Below, piece after piece: positions 12,943 through 31,572 of a stretch of DNA of 64,000 nt. Origin of the DNA: Octopus vulgaris (taxonomy: Eukaryota); contig OX597816.1 of assembly GCA_951406725.2 (NCBI GenBank), positions 120,404,001 to 120,468,000 on the forward strand, given 5' to 3'. The notes under the pieces are model-generated. The model worked only from the letters and a program-made list of their open reading frames with translations, made no database searches and was not told the origin of the DNA. The stretch's first letter is position 1; each line of letters begins with the position of its first letter. The translations under genes and the position numbers were made by a program.

Positions 12943-15709
12943 CTGTGATTAAAGGAAAGGTTTCTTGCACAAGGCGGTTTTATTTAAGTGTCCTTCATTT
13001 TTGGTAGCGTTGTTAATTTCCACTTTGCGCGGGCTTTCGTGGACGAGCCACTCATCCAGATAGAACATCATCACGCTCCTCTGGGACGCAGAGGAGATGA
13101 TCACGGACCGTACCTAAACGCCCGGGGTGTTTGGGAGGGTCGGTGCTACTGGGACCGCCTGGTAGCCGTACTGTCCTGGGATCGACGCCGGTGCGGATCC
13201 ATGGCAACGAATTACGAGCCGGCGTCAGTACATGGAGGAGGATATCGTGTAATATGCTATACGCACAAACATACGTATATGCAATCACATAATATCCACA
13301 TACATACGCGAAAACGCAAATATAATTATACATGATATATGCTTTATACACATATATATAGGCATGTATGTACGTACGTGTGTATGTATGTATGTATGTT
13401 TTTCCTTGAAATTTATTTAAGTTCTTTTAAACAGAGTTCAAGCCGGTCACAAACAGTGACAAAACATTCTGAGAACTGATACTCCCTGGGCTTCGTATAC
13501 ATGTGGTTGAGTTAGAATGTGTATGTATGTAAGTGTACGTGATTGCACTTATGTTCTATGCGAACAAATCTTTTTGGTACTTAGATGTTTGTGCGTGCCT
13601 CTCTGTGTGTTCTGCATGTGTGTGTGTGTGTAAGTGCACGTGTCTGTGTGAGAGCGCACGTATATAATTCTTTTTTTAGATGTGTATTTTTGTAGATGCA
13701 CACAAGAATGTGTATGCATATATTAATGGAGAATTCTTATAATATCACAAATTTTCACTCTACCACTGACAGATTGAACTTGGAGGATGCACCTCAGTTT
13801 CTTTTGCTCTTAGAAAATACTTCCATTTCAAGGTTTTTGTAAGCGTTTGTGTGTGTGTGTGTGTGTGTGCATATATTTAAAAAATGTATAGACAGGACAG
13901 ATTGGATTGAGAAAACACGCTTTATTGTATAACACTACAATTGTTTCATCTTTACTCTACCAGTAGGAAATTGCCGAAATATTATTATATAATAAATATA
14001 TTAAACTTATTATATTGCATCAATGTTGTTTCAGTAACATTGGCAAATAAAGACTCCTCTGGCATGTACGTAAAGTGTTTGCTAAAGTAAACTATATTCC
14101 ACAGAATATATCTCTCTCCATATTTTAAAAATAAAAACAAGCAGCAGGAGATTGTTATCCACAAGTACAGTTTAGCCGGTCGATAGAATAGGGGATTGAA
14201 GAAAACATAATAAAAATAGATAAAAAAAATTAGACACATAAATAACTGGAAAGATAAAACTTCACACAGCTTATACCTATGTAAGTATAATACTTACACC
14301 AGAGAGCCAAATGTTGCCAGGGGTCCGTAGGTTATCTCAAAAACATGTCTAATTTCTTCTTGATAGAAAACATAGATTTAAAGCTCAACTGCTGTTTTAT
14401 TACCCTTCATTTATTATATCAGCATGATGTGTATGCATTAAAAAAATAGACACTCGCTCCCACAAAGACACACTCTCACACTTACACACATGCCCTCACA
14501 CGTATATAAAAATAGACAGACATAGAGGTATACATTCGCACACATGAACATACACGGAACATTTATATAATGATACAGAATTAAATGAAAATATACATTA
14601 TTAGTAATTATATATTATATATAGAGTTATATGCATAATTATATATACGTACATATATAGTGAATTGGTTCGAAAAAATATTTTCCATGTGGTGTATTGT
14701 GATAGAAAATATAAAAAGAAAGAAAATACACAGGAATATCTTAAATACAGACATTAATATACACATCCTTACATAGATACAAAGATAGATATAGGCCCAC
14801 CTGTTCATAGGTGGTTGTATGAAAAAAGTATTCACTTATGTCAACAAATAAATCAAACGTTCTGTTTTAGTGTATTCTTTGAAAGGTATTTTAAGTTCGT
14901 GGTTACACCCCAAAACAATCTTCGAGTATTTGTTTATCAACAGGCCCTTGTACAGTAATATGCAAAGGGTATCTTCTAAGCAAAGATAGCGCAATCTAGG
15001 GTTTACTTCATATGTTTGTGTGATTTTTATTACCGATTAGGAGATGTATGTTAACTTCTTTCCGTGAGATTCCATATTAAGTTGGCGAGAAATATTGTGA
15101 CTTTTGCAAACACACACACACACGCATACACACATATAAATTCACTCACGCATAGCCTTATTTGTGTTTGGTGTATTATAAGCATAAATTATTTTACACT
15201 GCGATATTGGAAGCAAGTAGGAATTTTTTAGATCGATTATGTCACTCATAATACATATTTGTTGAGTGACATATTGATTTTAGCTGGATAGGTAGTGTAT
15301 AGGTGTAAAGATGTGTAATACAAAATTGGCGTGTGGAATCCGGTATACTATAAGATAACCGACTATGACTACATTAGTGTATTATACATGTAATTTGTTC
15401 ATTGTTCAATTAAAATCAACTATTTTTGCATTTGGTAAAATTTTCAGGCTTCTTAATTAAGTAGTCATTTAAAATCTTATATGTATTTTAGATAAAAATA
15501 TATATATATATCGACGGATGCATCTGAGTGCACTCTGCTTGTACACGAGCAATAATGGAAGCGTAGAATCGTAGGATTGTTCTCGCCTATTCTAACTCTT
15601 AAAATATCAGAGTGCACTTTTGAAAACAATATCATGTTTTATTTGTTATGGGTTTTCTACATCGCTATTTTAATCCTTACTTTCTAATCCTTATAATCCT
15701 TACTTTCTA

Positions 15710-16972
15710 TTACTATACTAGGTTCATGTTCATAACACTTATCAGTTTGGTCAAATCCTTGCTTTCTACATAACTCCCTGTGGGTTATTCTTAGCTTGTC
15801 ATGTCTTTTGAATTATTTCTGTATTAGTATGCTACATTCAATTACAAGTGAATGTAGCATCATGGTAATGAATGTACAATATCAGTAACTCTTTCCTCGT
15901 TTGACTTACATAACCTATATTAGGATTCCACTTGATTTTTGTCTATCTTACCTTTATCCAGTTAATCCCCAATGCTTGATCTTGTGCTGCGACTTACAAA
16001 CTTTCTGTCATCTTTTTCAGCCTTACTTTTCTGCAATCATAACCATGTCTCATTATAACTATTTTCTGCAACTATCTTTGGGAAGCTACCTTGCCAGTCA
16101 GATAATCTTTCCTTTTTTTTGTTGGTTTTTAAGTTCATTTGGCTTTTTGGTTTCCTTATCTCCTACTGTTACTGTATCAACTCTCAAAAATGTTCACTAT
16201 TACCTACATAGGAGGATATATCTACTTTAGCTGACAAGTTTTCGACTGATATTAACCTTCTTCCACCTTCCTTTCTGGGTCAGTGTAATCTTGCTACTCC
16301 TGCTTTTGGGTGAAATTCTCCATTCATATTGAATTCCTTCTTAGTTCTGTCTAGATTTGCTAATTTAGATTCTAGCCAACCTACAAAACCTACTGAATAT
16401 CTAAGTAACCATATTGTCCAAGTATTTGCAGCTTAGATTAAAACCGTTTAGCTTTGACTTCGTTAGCTCCTCTCCTTTCTGTTGCACTCCTCGATTTTCT
16501 TTTTCATTTCTACAGTTAGTACTCTGTCAGATTCTAATACTCTTAGATACTTATAACTTTCTCCTTCTTTTATTGATTTTGATGTCTGGCCATCTGATAA
16601 TTGGATGCCTTTATTGCTGATTACCTATCCCTTTTTTATGACTAAGTTTGGGCACATAGATAACTATTCCAAATTCTGTACCAATAGCTTTGCTGAAGAA
16701 TCTTACAGTTTGCATTAAGGAATCTATTTCTTTTTTATTCTTACTAAAAAGCTCCAGATCGTGCATGTGGTGCAAATGGTTAATTTTTCCTTTACTATAG
16801 ACTGATACCCTGTCTTTGCCCTTCTTAATACTAAACTGAGAAGTATTAAGCGTAAAACAAATATTAAAAAGGTTAGCGAGACACCCTGGAAAATTTCTCT
16901 CTTGATATTAACTTTCTCTAAGGCTGTGTCTCCTGCGTGGAGATCTACTCTCCATTTATTCATGCTAATGCT
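15710..16972 (-). mobile_element. Degenerate R4/Dong-type LINE fragment (RT to RHD region)
   Basis: VNIKREIFQGVSLTFLIFV..L.LLSLVLRRAKTGY parallels NINCGIFQGDSLSPLIFCIAL of the intact ORF; also PRKEGGR and KRHDKLR. Confidence 0.75.
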
Positions 16973-17046
16973 AATTAACTAACTCTTATGTTATCTGCAA
17001 TACTGAATGGAATCATCTTATTGGCTTCCCTGAATGCGGTATCATG

Positions 17047-17047
<1 letters not shown>

Positions 17048-17124
<77 letters not shown>

Positions 17125-17153
17125 CGTCGTTGTCGTTGTCGTCGTCGTCGTCG

Positions 17154-17193
<40 letters not shown>

Positions 17194-17195
17194 GA
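17048..17195. repeat. Compound trinucleotide microsatellite (TTA)n(TTG)n(TCG)n(TCA)n
   Basis: Directly visible. Confidence 0.98.
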
Positions 17196-17541
17196 TGGTT
17201 TGGCTGCTTTAATTGATACAAACGGCAGCTAAGTCTCTATGAACGGCCTCAAGAGATAGCAGAATTTTGCGTCTAGAGATGCTAACACCTGAGGTGCCAT
17301 GCATTTAAAAGAACTGGTGTTTGTGCATAGGAAAAAAATCATCTCTGTTAAATTTATAAAAACACTGAATATTATTATTATAAATATTATATCTTTATAG
17401 TTGTTTACTTTCTTTGTTATAGAAAAAACCCACCATGTTAGTTTTGTATTTCGTCCTTTGCTATATCTAATGTCTTGGGATCTTGTACCGAAAAAAGGAA
17501 ATCATCATCAATATATCACCACCCCCATCATCATCATCATA

Positions 17542-17696
17542 ATGGTTTGTCTCAGGTTCGGTGTTATTCCTGGTAGTGTTTATGTGGATAGCGGGTCACT
17601 ATCTGTAACATTAGGTATCCACAAGTTTTCAGCTGCTTAGAACCCTCCTGATGATCCTTACTGTCCCTAAGAGACAAACTCTCTGTAGAAGCTCTA
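17542..17696 (-). mobile_element. Extreme 3' fragment of an R4-type LINE
   Basis: Encodes ELLQRVCLLGTVRIIRRVLS (compare EVQKIVLTGTSHVLRRALS); abuts (TTA)n. Confidence 0.65.
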
Positions 17697-17745
17697 ATTA
17701 TTATTATTATTGTTATTGTTATTATTGTTATTATTATTATTATTA

Positions 17746-21734
<3,989 letters not shown>

Positions 21735-21738
<4 letters not shown>

Positions 21739-23859
21739 ACTGTTCGATATTTGGTAGATTGAGGCAAATTTCTACTGCATTACCTGCTACACCTCCGTGT
21801 TGCTGGGGTGTGTGCAACATTTTGTGTTCTTTTCTGCTGTTGGGAGTATGCAAACTCTTCCCGGTACTGTGTTGTGTTAGTTTTTTGGGTAAAATTACAG
21901 ATTAACACCCGCACGATTTTCACTAAGAAAAAAAAAAACTCGGATTTTTGTGTGGAATCAAGTGCCCTGACCTCCTAATATGCTGCAAATCCCATATTTT
22001 GGTCCGGAATTGCTCCGGAAGGGGGGGGGGGGTAACCCCCCCCTCCCGGAATTTTCACGAGGAAAAAAAAAACCCTCAGATTTCTTGCGTGGAATCAAGT
22101 ACCCTGATCTCCTAATATGCTGCAAAACCCATATTTTGGACGGAAAGGGGGGGGTTAACCCGGAATTTTCACGAGGAAAAAAAAATCAGATTTTTTGCGT
22201 GGAATCAAGTAACTTGACCTCTTAATATGCTGCAAATCCCATATTTTGGTCCGGAATTACTCCGGAAACGGGGGGTAACCCCCCCCCCGGAATTTTCAAT
22301 AGGGAAAACAAAAAATAATATATCAATAATTTAGAAAAGAAACATTTCTAGAAAATAGTAAGTGTGAACAAATTATTGATATATTATTGGGCAAAAGAAG
22401 ATTTGGCACACTGTCATGCTTTCAGCTGTCAGAAGTGAAAGTCGTCAACTTCGTGTAATTACGTCAGGTTCGCTGTTAGGTTTATAAAACAATTGAAGTT
22501 CAGTGAAAATTCCGGGGGGGGTTACCCCCCTTTCCGGAGTAATTCGGACCAAAATATGGGATTTGCAGCATATTAGGAGGTCAAGTTACTTGATTCCACG
22601 CAAAAATCTTATTTTTTTTCCTCGTGAAAATTCCGGGGGGGGGGGGGGCGGTGTTACCCCCCTTTCCGGAGCAATTCCGGACCAAAATATGGGATTTGCA
22701 GCATATTAGGAGGTCAGGGTACTTGATTCTAGGCAAAAAATCCGATTTTTTTTTTCTTAGTGAAAATCGTGCGGGTGTTAATCTGTAAGTTTACCGTTTT
22801 TTGTTTATCTTAAGGTGTGGTGTTGCCCTTTGTTGTGTTACTGTTTGTATTGTGTATTGAGTATTTAATGCTTTGTTTTTTTCTGGATTGCTGGTGGGAA
22901 TATATTTCACTGGGTAAATGCTGAATAAAGTATCTTGTATTTGTGGGTTGTTTTGTTTAGGTTGTATTATTGGATAAATAGTGTCTTGCGTAGGATGTGG
23001 GCTGTTTCTAGCAGGGCTATTTTTTGGACAGTGTGTAGACTTGAGGATCCAAGTATAGCTTCTACATTTTTGTTCCTGCGATTTTTTATAATGCCCAATG
23101 CTCCAATTATTATTGGTATTGTTTTTATCTTCATACCCCACATTTTGAATACTTCAAGTTCGAGGTCTTTGTACTTCGACAGTTACTCCACTTCTTTTTT
23201 GAAAATATTTTGATCAGAAGGGACTGCAATGTCTATCAATAAGCAGGTGTTTTTTCCCCAATCCTTGATTATTATGTCTGGGCGATTAGCTTTTATTTCT
23301 TTGCCCGTTTGAACCAGCGTCTCCCAGATAACTGGGGCTTGATTGTTGTCTTGTACCTTGCTTGGTACATGCTTATATCATCTGCTGTCAGTTTTGATGT
23401 AATGTTGGGATATTGTCCAGTAGATATAACTGATTACTATGTCGTGTCTGTATACATATTCAGACTTGAAGAGGATTGGGTGGACCGAGATGATGTGGTC
23501 AACTGGTTGTGCTGGTTGAACATTCTGCATTTGGCACTGAGGCCTGTATTCATTATTTTGTTTTTATAATTGTTTGCTGTTAGTCATTGGTCTTGCGCAG
23601 CGAAAATCAATCCTTCTGTTTCGGAGAGCTTTTGAGCCATTGTCCAGAGCTTTTGAGCCATTGTTGGCTTTTACTTAGGCTCACTTTCTCTCTATCAAGT
23701 TTTGCAGGATATTAGCCATGGAGTAATTTTTCTCTTCATTTCTTCTTCAGTATCTTTTGTAGTTGTTTTCATGTTGCTGTTTGTCTCTCTGACCATTTCT
23801 ACTATCTTGTCATCCGAGGTCAGTGTGTCAGGGTATTTTGCTTCTGTTTTCTAAGTTTG

Positions 23860-23860
<1 letters not shown>
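21735..23860 (-). mobile_element. Degenerate R4-type LINE 3' portion, split by a TIR element
   Basis: ETEGLIFAAQDQ, DHIISV, ANRPDIIIKDWGKNTCLLIDIAVP, LSKYKDLELEVFKMWG, VQKIALLETAHILRKTL. Confidence 0.85.
21898..22785. mobile_element. Non-autonomous foldback/MITE-like DNA transposon with TA target duplication
   Basis: TIRs cagattaacacccgcacgattttcactaagaaaa / ttttcttagtgaaaatcgtgcgggtgttaatctg; TA on both sides; ~120-135 bp internal subrepeats, 3 on the left and 2 inverted on the right. Confidence 0.9.
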
Positions 23861-24345
<485 letters not shown>

Positions 24346-24697
24346 TTTATTTATTTATTTTCTTGCATTTAACTGCAGGAGGTGTGAAAAAAATACGCAG
24401 CATCCGGAACGAAGGAGAACGAATGGATAAATTGATCCGATATAGGAACAAATCCTGACATAAAAGGAAATCAATAAAAAACGAAATGACATTTAGTGAT
24501 AGGTCTGTAGTGTCGAGAACACTATTAATATATCGATATATTTGTTAAGAATTCTTGATGCACTGTAAATAAATATTTGATTGTATACTGTGTTTGTTTT
24601 TATGTGGATGTATAATACATGAACAAATGAATGGATATATGCATATCCACACTCATACACAAATACCCACACTGACGCACACACACAAAATACATAC

Positions 24698-24755
<58 letters not shown>

Positions 24756-24759
24756 TAAG

Positions 24760-24912
24760 GACTTCTTTCAGGGTCTGTATACCAAATCCACTTACAAAGC
24801 TTTGGTTGACCCGGAGCTATAGAAATAGACATTTGCTGAAGGTGGTACGCAGTGGGATTGAAACACGGATCCATGTGGTTGGGAAGCAAACGTATTACCA
24901 CCCAACCACGCT
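24760..24912 (-). mobile_element. tRNA-derived SINE 5' half
   Basis: Minus-strand gcgtggttgggtggtaa...ttcaatcccactgcg; related copies near 4430-4530, 45725-45855 and 47060-47180. Confidence 0.7.
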
Positions 24913-24967
24913 TAAGCACATACATACATACATACATACATACATACATACATACATCTATATATAT

Positions 24968-25014
<47 letters not shown>

Positions 25015-25610
25015 AATAGATGTGTGTATTTTTCCCTTGTTAACAATCAACACAGAAAAAATATGTAAATTGTTACCAGGGTAGCAAAAAAATCACACAA
25101 GTAAAATGGTTGTAACTCCTTGTTTTTAAAGATAGAAACTTCGGGTTTACGCGAAATATTTTGTATAATGTATATAAATAGATAAATGGAGTTAAACGCA
25201 GGTGTTATTCAAATTCATTTACTTCCGACACATGTTTCGAAGATATCCCTGGTATTATTCCAAAGGAATAAATTGGTGTAAAACAATGAGTTCCAGATTA
25301 TCTTTGCAATTTCGGTTGGTTATACTCGAGATTGCTCCAATCTGGCCAGCCCCAAGGAAAAGCTATGCTAAGCGCATTAGATTCCTTGGAAGATAGCAGC
25401 GAATGTATACGAAAAGAAGGACAAAAAAACGGAGGACAAACACACCACAAACAAAAAAATACACGCACACAGACTTAGACAGACAGACAGACAGACAGAC
25501 AGACGTGTATATTATTGATGTGGAACGAATGAGAACTGCTGTAATCATACTGGCGTGAAACTCAAGTCGGGAGAGAAACTCTCAGCTTCAGTTTTAATCA
25601 AAAACTACAC

Positions 25611-25641
<31 letters not shown>

Positions 25642-25679
25642 AGTATACGTGTATGTGTATATATGTATATATCTATATG

Positions 25680-25731
<52 letters not shown>

Positions 25732-26420
25732 AATTTAATTCACAATATATGGATTCAACTAATCCGGTGGTACTTATAAAAATGCTCCTTAATGTAGCAT
25801 TCTACAAAACATATAGAATACATGGTATGATACAAGAGCAAAAAAGTGTATAAAGTTATAAATAGAGAAATATGGGCTTTGCGTTCTTGAAACGTTGTTG
25901 AGGGATCATTTTTTAACATGAATTTCTTTAAACCCGAAGAATTAATGCAGACATGTAAGTAATTTATTACTTATTACAAAATACAAAATAAAATAAATGC
26001 AAAATATAATAAAATAAAGTATTTATACATGTTTTATTAAGCTGGGAAGCAATTGTTGTTAAATACGAATTTCCAATGGTTTAATCATTTTTATTACACC
26101 ATATTTCTCTCGCTATTTATAACTACACACACACATACACTAACTGCGTATTTTAGCCTGTGGAGCTCCTCAGTGTAGTTCCAAACTTTAAGAGAATTAA
26201 AGCAAGACTTCTTTTTTTCTTTTGCTGCTTTTGAATAGCAGGGAGACAGAAAAATTATAAGAATGAAGTAATGTAGTGAACGTACACATCACCACTTTTT
26301 TTATAACCAGAAATATATTTAAATACAGAGAGGGGGAGAGAAAGATAGAGGAAAGAGAAATAAAGAGTGAGAGAGAAAGAAGGGGAGAGAGAGAGCGAGA
26401 AAGAAAGAGGGGAAAGAGTA

Positions 26421-26458
<38 letters not shown>

Positions 26459-26668
26459 TGTGAGCGTGTGAGAGAGAGGGAGAGAGAGAGAGAGAGCGAG
26501 AGAGAGAGAAAGCGGTAGGAGGTAGATATAATTGCTTGAATGGAAAAAGTTTCCGAATACATTTAATTTCGTGAGAAATCGCCATGAAAGCCGTTGGCAC
26601 GAATTTAATTTTATCTGTCTACCTTTCTATCTACCTGCCTGTCGCTCTGTCGATCTCACCCTCTCTGT

Positions 26669-26747
<79 letters not shown>

Positions 26748-26829
26748 AATCTCTATCTATCTGTTTGCCTGTTTGTCTATCTCTGTGTATGTACGTATGT
26801 GTGTGTATGCATGTATGTATGTATGTATG

Positions 26830-26860
<31 letters not shown>

Positions 26861-26968
26861 GTATGTATCTATTTTTTTGTTGTCTTTCCGACTTTCCGCC
26901 TGTTTGTCTATCTCTGTCCGTCCGTCAGTCAGTCTGTCTGTCTGTCTGATTGTCTGTCTCTTTCTCAC

Positions 26969-27009
<41 letters not shown>

Positions 27010-27831
27010 CTATCTAGCTATCTACCTGTCGTTCTGTCCGCCTGTCTGTCTATCTCTCTGGCTATCTTTGTCTTTCTCCCTCTGCTTGCCTCTCTGGCTG
27101 TCTATTTGTCTATCTGTTTTTCTCTCTTTATTTCTTCCTTGCTTCTCTCCCTAATTATCTTTCTGGCTTGAATAACAAATCGAGTCAAAAGAAATTCTGA
27201 GTACATTCATTACCTTAATTTATTCTTGTAAATTAACCTATATCACTCGTCATTCTAACAAAGAGAGAACAGCAATAACAGCAACAACAACATCTACAAC
27301 AGTATCTACCTTAGTTCTACACTGCATTGTTGAACGAAGACCATTGACCGAAATGTGTATTTGTAATTGGAAATGTATGATTTTCAAACATTTTCTTCAT
27401 TACTGTAAACTAAGCAGATTAAATGTAAACCTACAGTACAACTGAAATTATGATTACTTTGAAATAACTACACGCAGAAAAAATTTTCCCGTTTACAGAA
27501 GTTAAACGAATTGATCAATTAAATCAAAGCTTTTCGAAAGATAGAACTTTCAACCTATTTAACATCTACAGTTCTGAGTTCATTAGTGGGTGACGAAAGT
27601 CGCCACATGTTCGTAAGTGCTGCTTGAAGCCAGAAGAATATGATGAACCAAGAGTATAGTTTTCCTTTACCTTAATAGATATGCTCGTTAGTATACACAC
27701 ACACACACAAACACACACATTTCAATGGAATTTGTGTGTGTATAAAAATTAAAACAAAACAACAAAAGTCAATAGGACGTACATAGTGAATATAGGTTAA
27801 CGCTCAGTTTAAGATGAAAAAAGGATAACTG

Positions 27832-27859
27832 TAACGTTTCGAGCATAGCTCTTCGTCAG
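27832..27859 (-). ncRNA. Minimal hammerhead core without an evident stem I
   Basis: CTGACGA-a-gagc tat gctc-GAAA-CGTTA (palindromic AACGTT). Confidence 0.5.
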
Positions 27860-28301
27860 AAAGAGGTAAGAGGAAAAGCCCGGAGAGAAGGAAAAAAATA
27901 GTCCAAGAAAAGCACTTGTGTCAGCTTAGATCCTAACCTAGCTGTTGGGGTGTTAAAGTAACGTTCATAAGGTAGTGGGTTCTGTTCTATTCCTGGACCA
28001 GGCGGTACGTTGTGCTTTGCCTTGACCAAGTCACGTCATTTCAAGTTGACCCAGTATACTCAGATGAAAACGAGAATCGTATCGGTTCATCCCTTTCTTC
28101 CTCTAACTTCCACATACGCGGTCTCCCACTGAATCAAGGGTTAGAAAGGCCGAGAGGGTATTTGTAATTGTTTGCGATTACATAGGTGCCTAAAATAGTG
28201 AAAGTATGGTACATGCTACGAGATCACACTCAAATGATTTTGGATACATATCACAATATCACTGTATCAACCAAATTATCTTATGCTATTATACACCGCT
28301 A

Positions 28302-28523
28302 GTCCCATGAAGGGAATCACTCTACTGCTATTTAGCCCTAGGAAGCAGCAACGTTTCCTGTCGGCCTTGACAGATTACCTGTGTCCTTATGTTTACAAGG
28401 AGGAGATAGGCACCTCTACCCAGCTAAATCTGCACCCAGAGACTAGTTTCTGAGTTTTTGCTCCTCATCAGTCTGGAGTAGCATGGCTTACTAGTTGGAG
28501 ATGCCTATTTAGCTCTTGTAAAC
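28302..28523 (-). mobile_element. HHR-bearing repeat unit (PLE pLTR/retrozyme-like), same family as 33878-34580
   Basis: Colinear with 33910-34132. Confidence 0.85.
28436..28476 (-). ncRNA. Minimal type I hammerhead ribozyme
   Basis: ccaga-CTGATGA-ggag caaaaa ctca-GAAA-CTAG-TC-tctgg; perfect 5 bp stem I, palindromic ACTAGT stem III, GUC site. Confidence 0.85.
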
Positions 28524-28544
28524 ATATATATATTGCAATGTGCT

Positions 28545-28740
28545 TCTTTGTACTGTTGTAGCTTTTAAATGTTGCCACCCGGCTGGCTAGGCAAGCAGGC
28601 CAACATCCTCCCTGAATGAAACGCCAGTCCACCGCAGTGGTTGCTGCTGAGTGAACTGGAGCAGCACACCACCGGTCTGAGAGTCGTGATCACGATCTTG
28701 TGATCCTGAGTGCAACACCATGATCACTTGACCACGCCCA
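28545..28740 (-). mobile_element. Degenerate SINE
   Basis: tRNA-like head on the minus strand; 'cccggctggctaggcaagcaggc' resembles 33338-33360. Confidence 0.55.
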
Positions 28741-29900
28741 TATGGTTGGACACATGCCTACTAATGCTATCAACTAATTGTTTGATGGATGATGATGGCT
28801 AATGGGAGCTCGGCATTACCGAAAAACTAAATGTCATAGTATCGACAGTGAATATTCGGGAGGAAACCTCCTCTTCCAGAATGCATGAGCAACAATTCAT
28901 ACTTGGAAACTTCAATCATGACCCCACTACCCACTTTGCCACTCCTCTTACCTGCATAAGACTTCTGCACATCAATTATATGCATTACATGAATATTATG
29001 CATGAAAGACACATTCCCGTAAACTTATTCGGGATTCTCTTGTAACAGAGATGTATGTACATTATACATATTCATGGTATCATGTAACTCACAGAATATA
29101 TTACAACTCCATGAATTTACAACCCTAGAGACCAAGTTTGGTGTCAAAATGTGAAATTCCACAATTTTGGACACATACTCAAATACGAACAAATCACATA
29201 ATGCAGATGTGTGTCTATACATATGTCTGTAGGTATATATGTATATATGTGTGTGTTTGGTGTGTGTATGTGTACATATATTTTGTATGGATGTGCATGT
29301 GCACGTACGTATATACTTATATTTATAAATTTGAATACGAATGTTCTCACGTGAAATGATTAATCCATTCATGGCGAGCGAAAATCCTAACTCGAGTCTA
29401 CTTAATTCATGGTGAACACAACTCCTTAGAAAGATTCCAAGGGAGACGATAATTAGGATTTTCTCATAAATTACCGTTTATAATCTATGTTTATTTATCC
29501 CTCCCCATATCCTGTAAAGTCTCGTATAGCTTCGTGTATTCTCATTACCAACGTTCCATGTAACAAACTTGATAATTGTTGAGCGATTTCTCTTGGCATG
29601 GAACGAATGGTAACCTTGTTAACCCACAAATAAACTACGGACACACACACATGTACATATACACAAACATACATACACACACACACAAGCAAGCTCTCTC
29701 CCACACACACGAACGCATGCATACACATACACACACATGCACATACACATGCACACACATGCATATACGCCTAAATATAGTTCTAGATATTCATGTGTGC
29801 AACTTGTATATATATATATATATATGTCGGTGGGTATATAGGCATGTGCGTGTGTATTTGCACGGATGTATATATGTATGCATATGTATATATTTGTGGT

Positions 29901-29981
<81 letters not shown>

Positions 29982-30829
29982 GTATGTATGTATACATGTA
30001 TATATGTATATGTATGTGTGTATGTATATATATATGTATTATGTGTACATAAGTATGTATATGATTATACACTGTGATGTGTATCCCCATTATATAACCA
30101 AGGATTGGATTGATTGATTGATCGATTAATTAATTAATTTATTAATTAGTTAATTATTGGGTTAGCTATTTGATAAGTTATTGGAGCTATTTAATCGATC
30201 CCTTCGTTTTTGTATTTAGTTATAAATTTAAAAAAAACCTAACTCCCTTCGCTCCCTTTGTTTTATTTATTTACAAATAACAAGAAACCCACAACTCCAC
30301 CACATCTCTTAAATAAATAAATGAATGGATAGATATTTTTAAGGACTAAATAACTAAGGAGTTATTGACTTAACAATATCACATAGAATCTTGCATTTTA
30401 GGCATTTGGAAGATGGCGTCTTGCATTTGAAGCGATTTGTCAGATATAATAGATATTGAAAATATTTTTAACGATAATGACTACAATTTGGTAATATGTA
30501 CGTATAGTTATATATAGAAGAGAATATGTGAGGATTTGGAGATTAAATACTGGGCGTAAGTTTAGCGATTAACAACATGTTGAGACGATATATACAGTCT
30601 CTTTTGATGTTTTGTCCCTTATTTGAGTTTGGTCCAACTGGTTTCCGGCATGTATTTTAACCATATAGTACCCATTTAAGTTTGTAAATATATTAATGAT
30701 TCACATAGTTAGACTTATACATATAATATTATATATTGTATTTTTAAAAATAAATTTGTAATAAATTATCTCTCATATGTATTATATTAAAATAATATCC
30801 CCTTAGCATATCACTTTAACCCTAAATTC

Positions 30830-30879
<50 letters not shown>

Positions 30880-31281
30880 ATGTATATATATGTATATGTA
30901 TATATGAATTCACCTATGAATTCAATTACATTCTGTTTTGTTTCTAATTTGTTTTATTTCATCGGTTATCAATTAACCAACCATAACTGAGGCAAACAAT
31001 TCAAAACAATTGATGACCAATTAGATTAAGTAACTGAACAAAAATAACCCCTCCCCACTTCCCGCAAGATTTCAACTACTGGAGAAAGAAAAAATAACGG
31101 AGAAATAAACAAAACACGTTTATATGTAAATATATATATAAGTCTGTTTATTATTGTTATAATTATATTATATAATTATAATGATACAAACTACTGCACT
31201 GATCCTCCCTTCTAAACATATATAATACGTATGTATATATGAGTATGTTTGAGTGGAAATATATATATATATATATATATC

Positions 31282-31314
<33 letters not shown>

Positions 31315-31455
31315 TCCTCATGTATATGCAGTTTCCTTCTTGCATAACTGAAATAACTTTAAGATATATTGATTTTATAAATTACAATATTACGCCTCTT
31401 ATAACTTTCTCATACCTCTGTTTGTATTTTATCTAATATGAATAATATAATGCAT

Positions 31456-31492
<37 letters not shown>

Positions 31493-31494
31493 TG

Positions 31495-31572
<78 letters not shown>

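Noticed and set aside
14016-14064. HHR-like layout (minus CAGAGGA...GAAA-CAACATTG-AT)
   Set aside because: Two invariant positions are wrong; at best a decayed copy
25222-25320. Hammerhead half (minus GAAA-CATGTG-TC)
   Set aside because: No CTGANGA-like core or stem I found upstream
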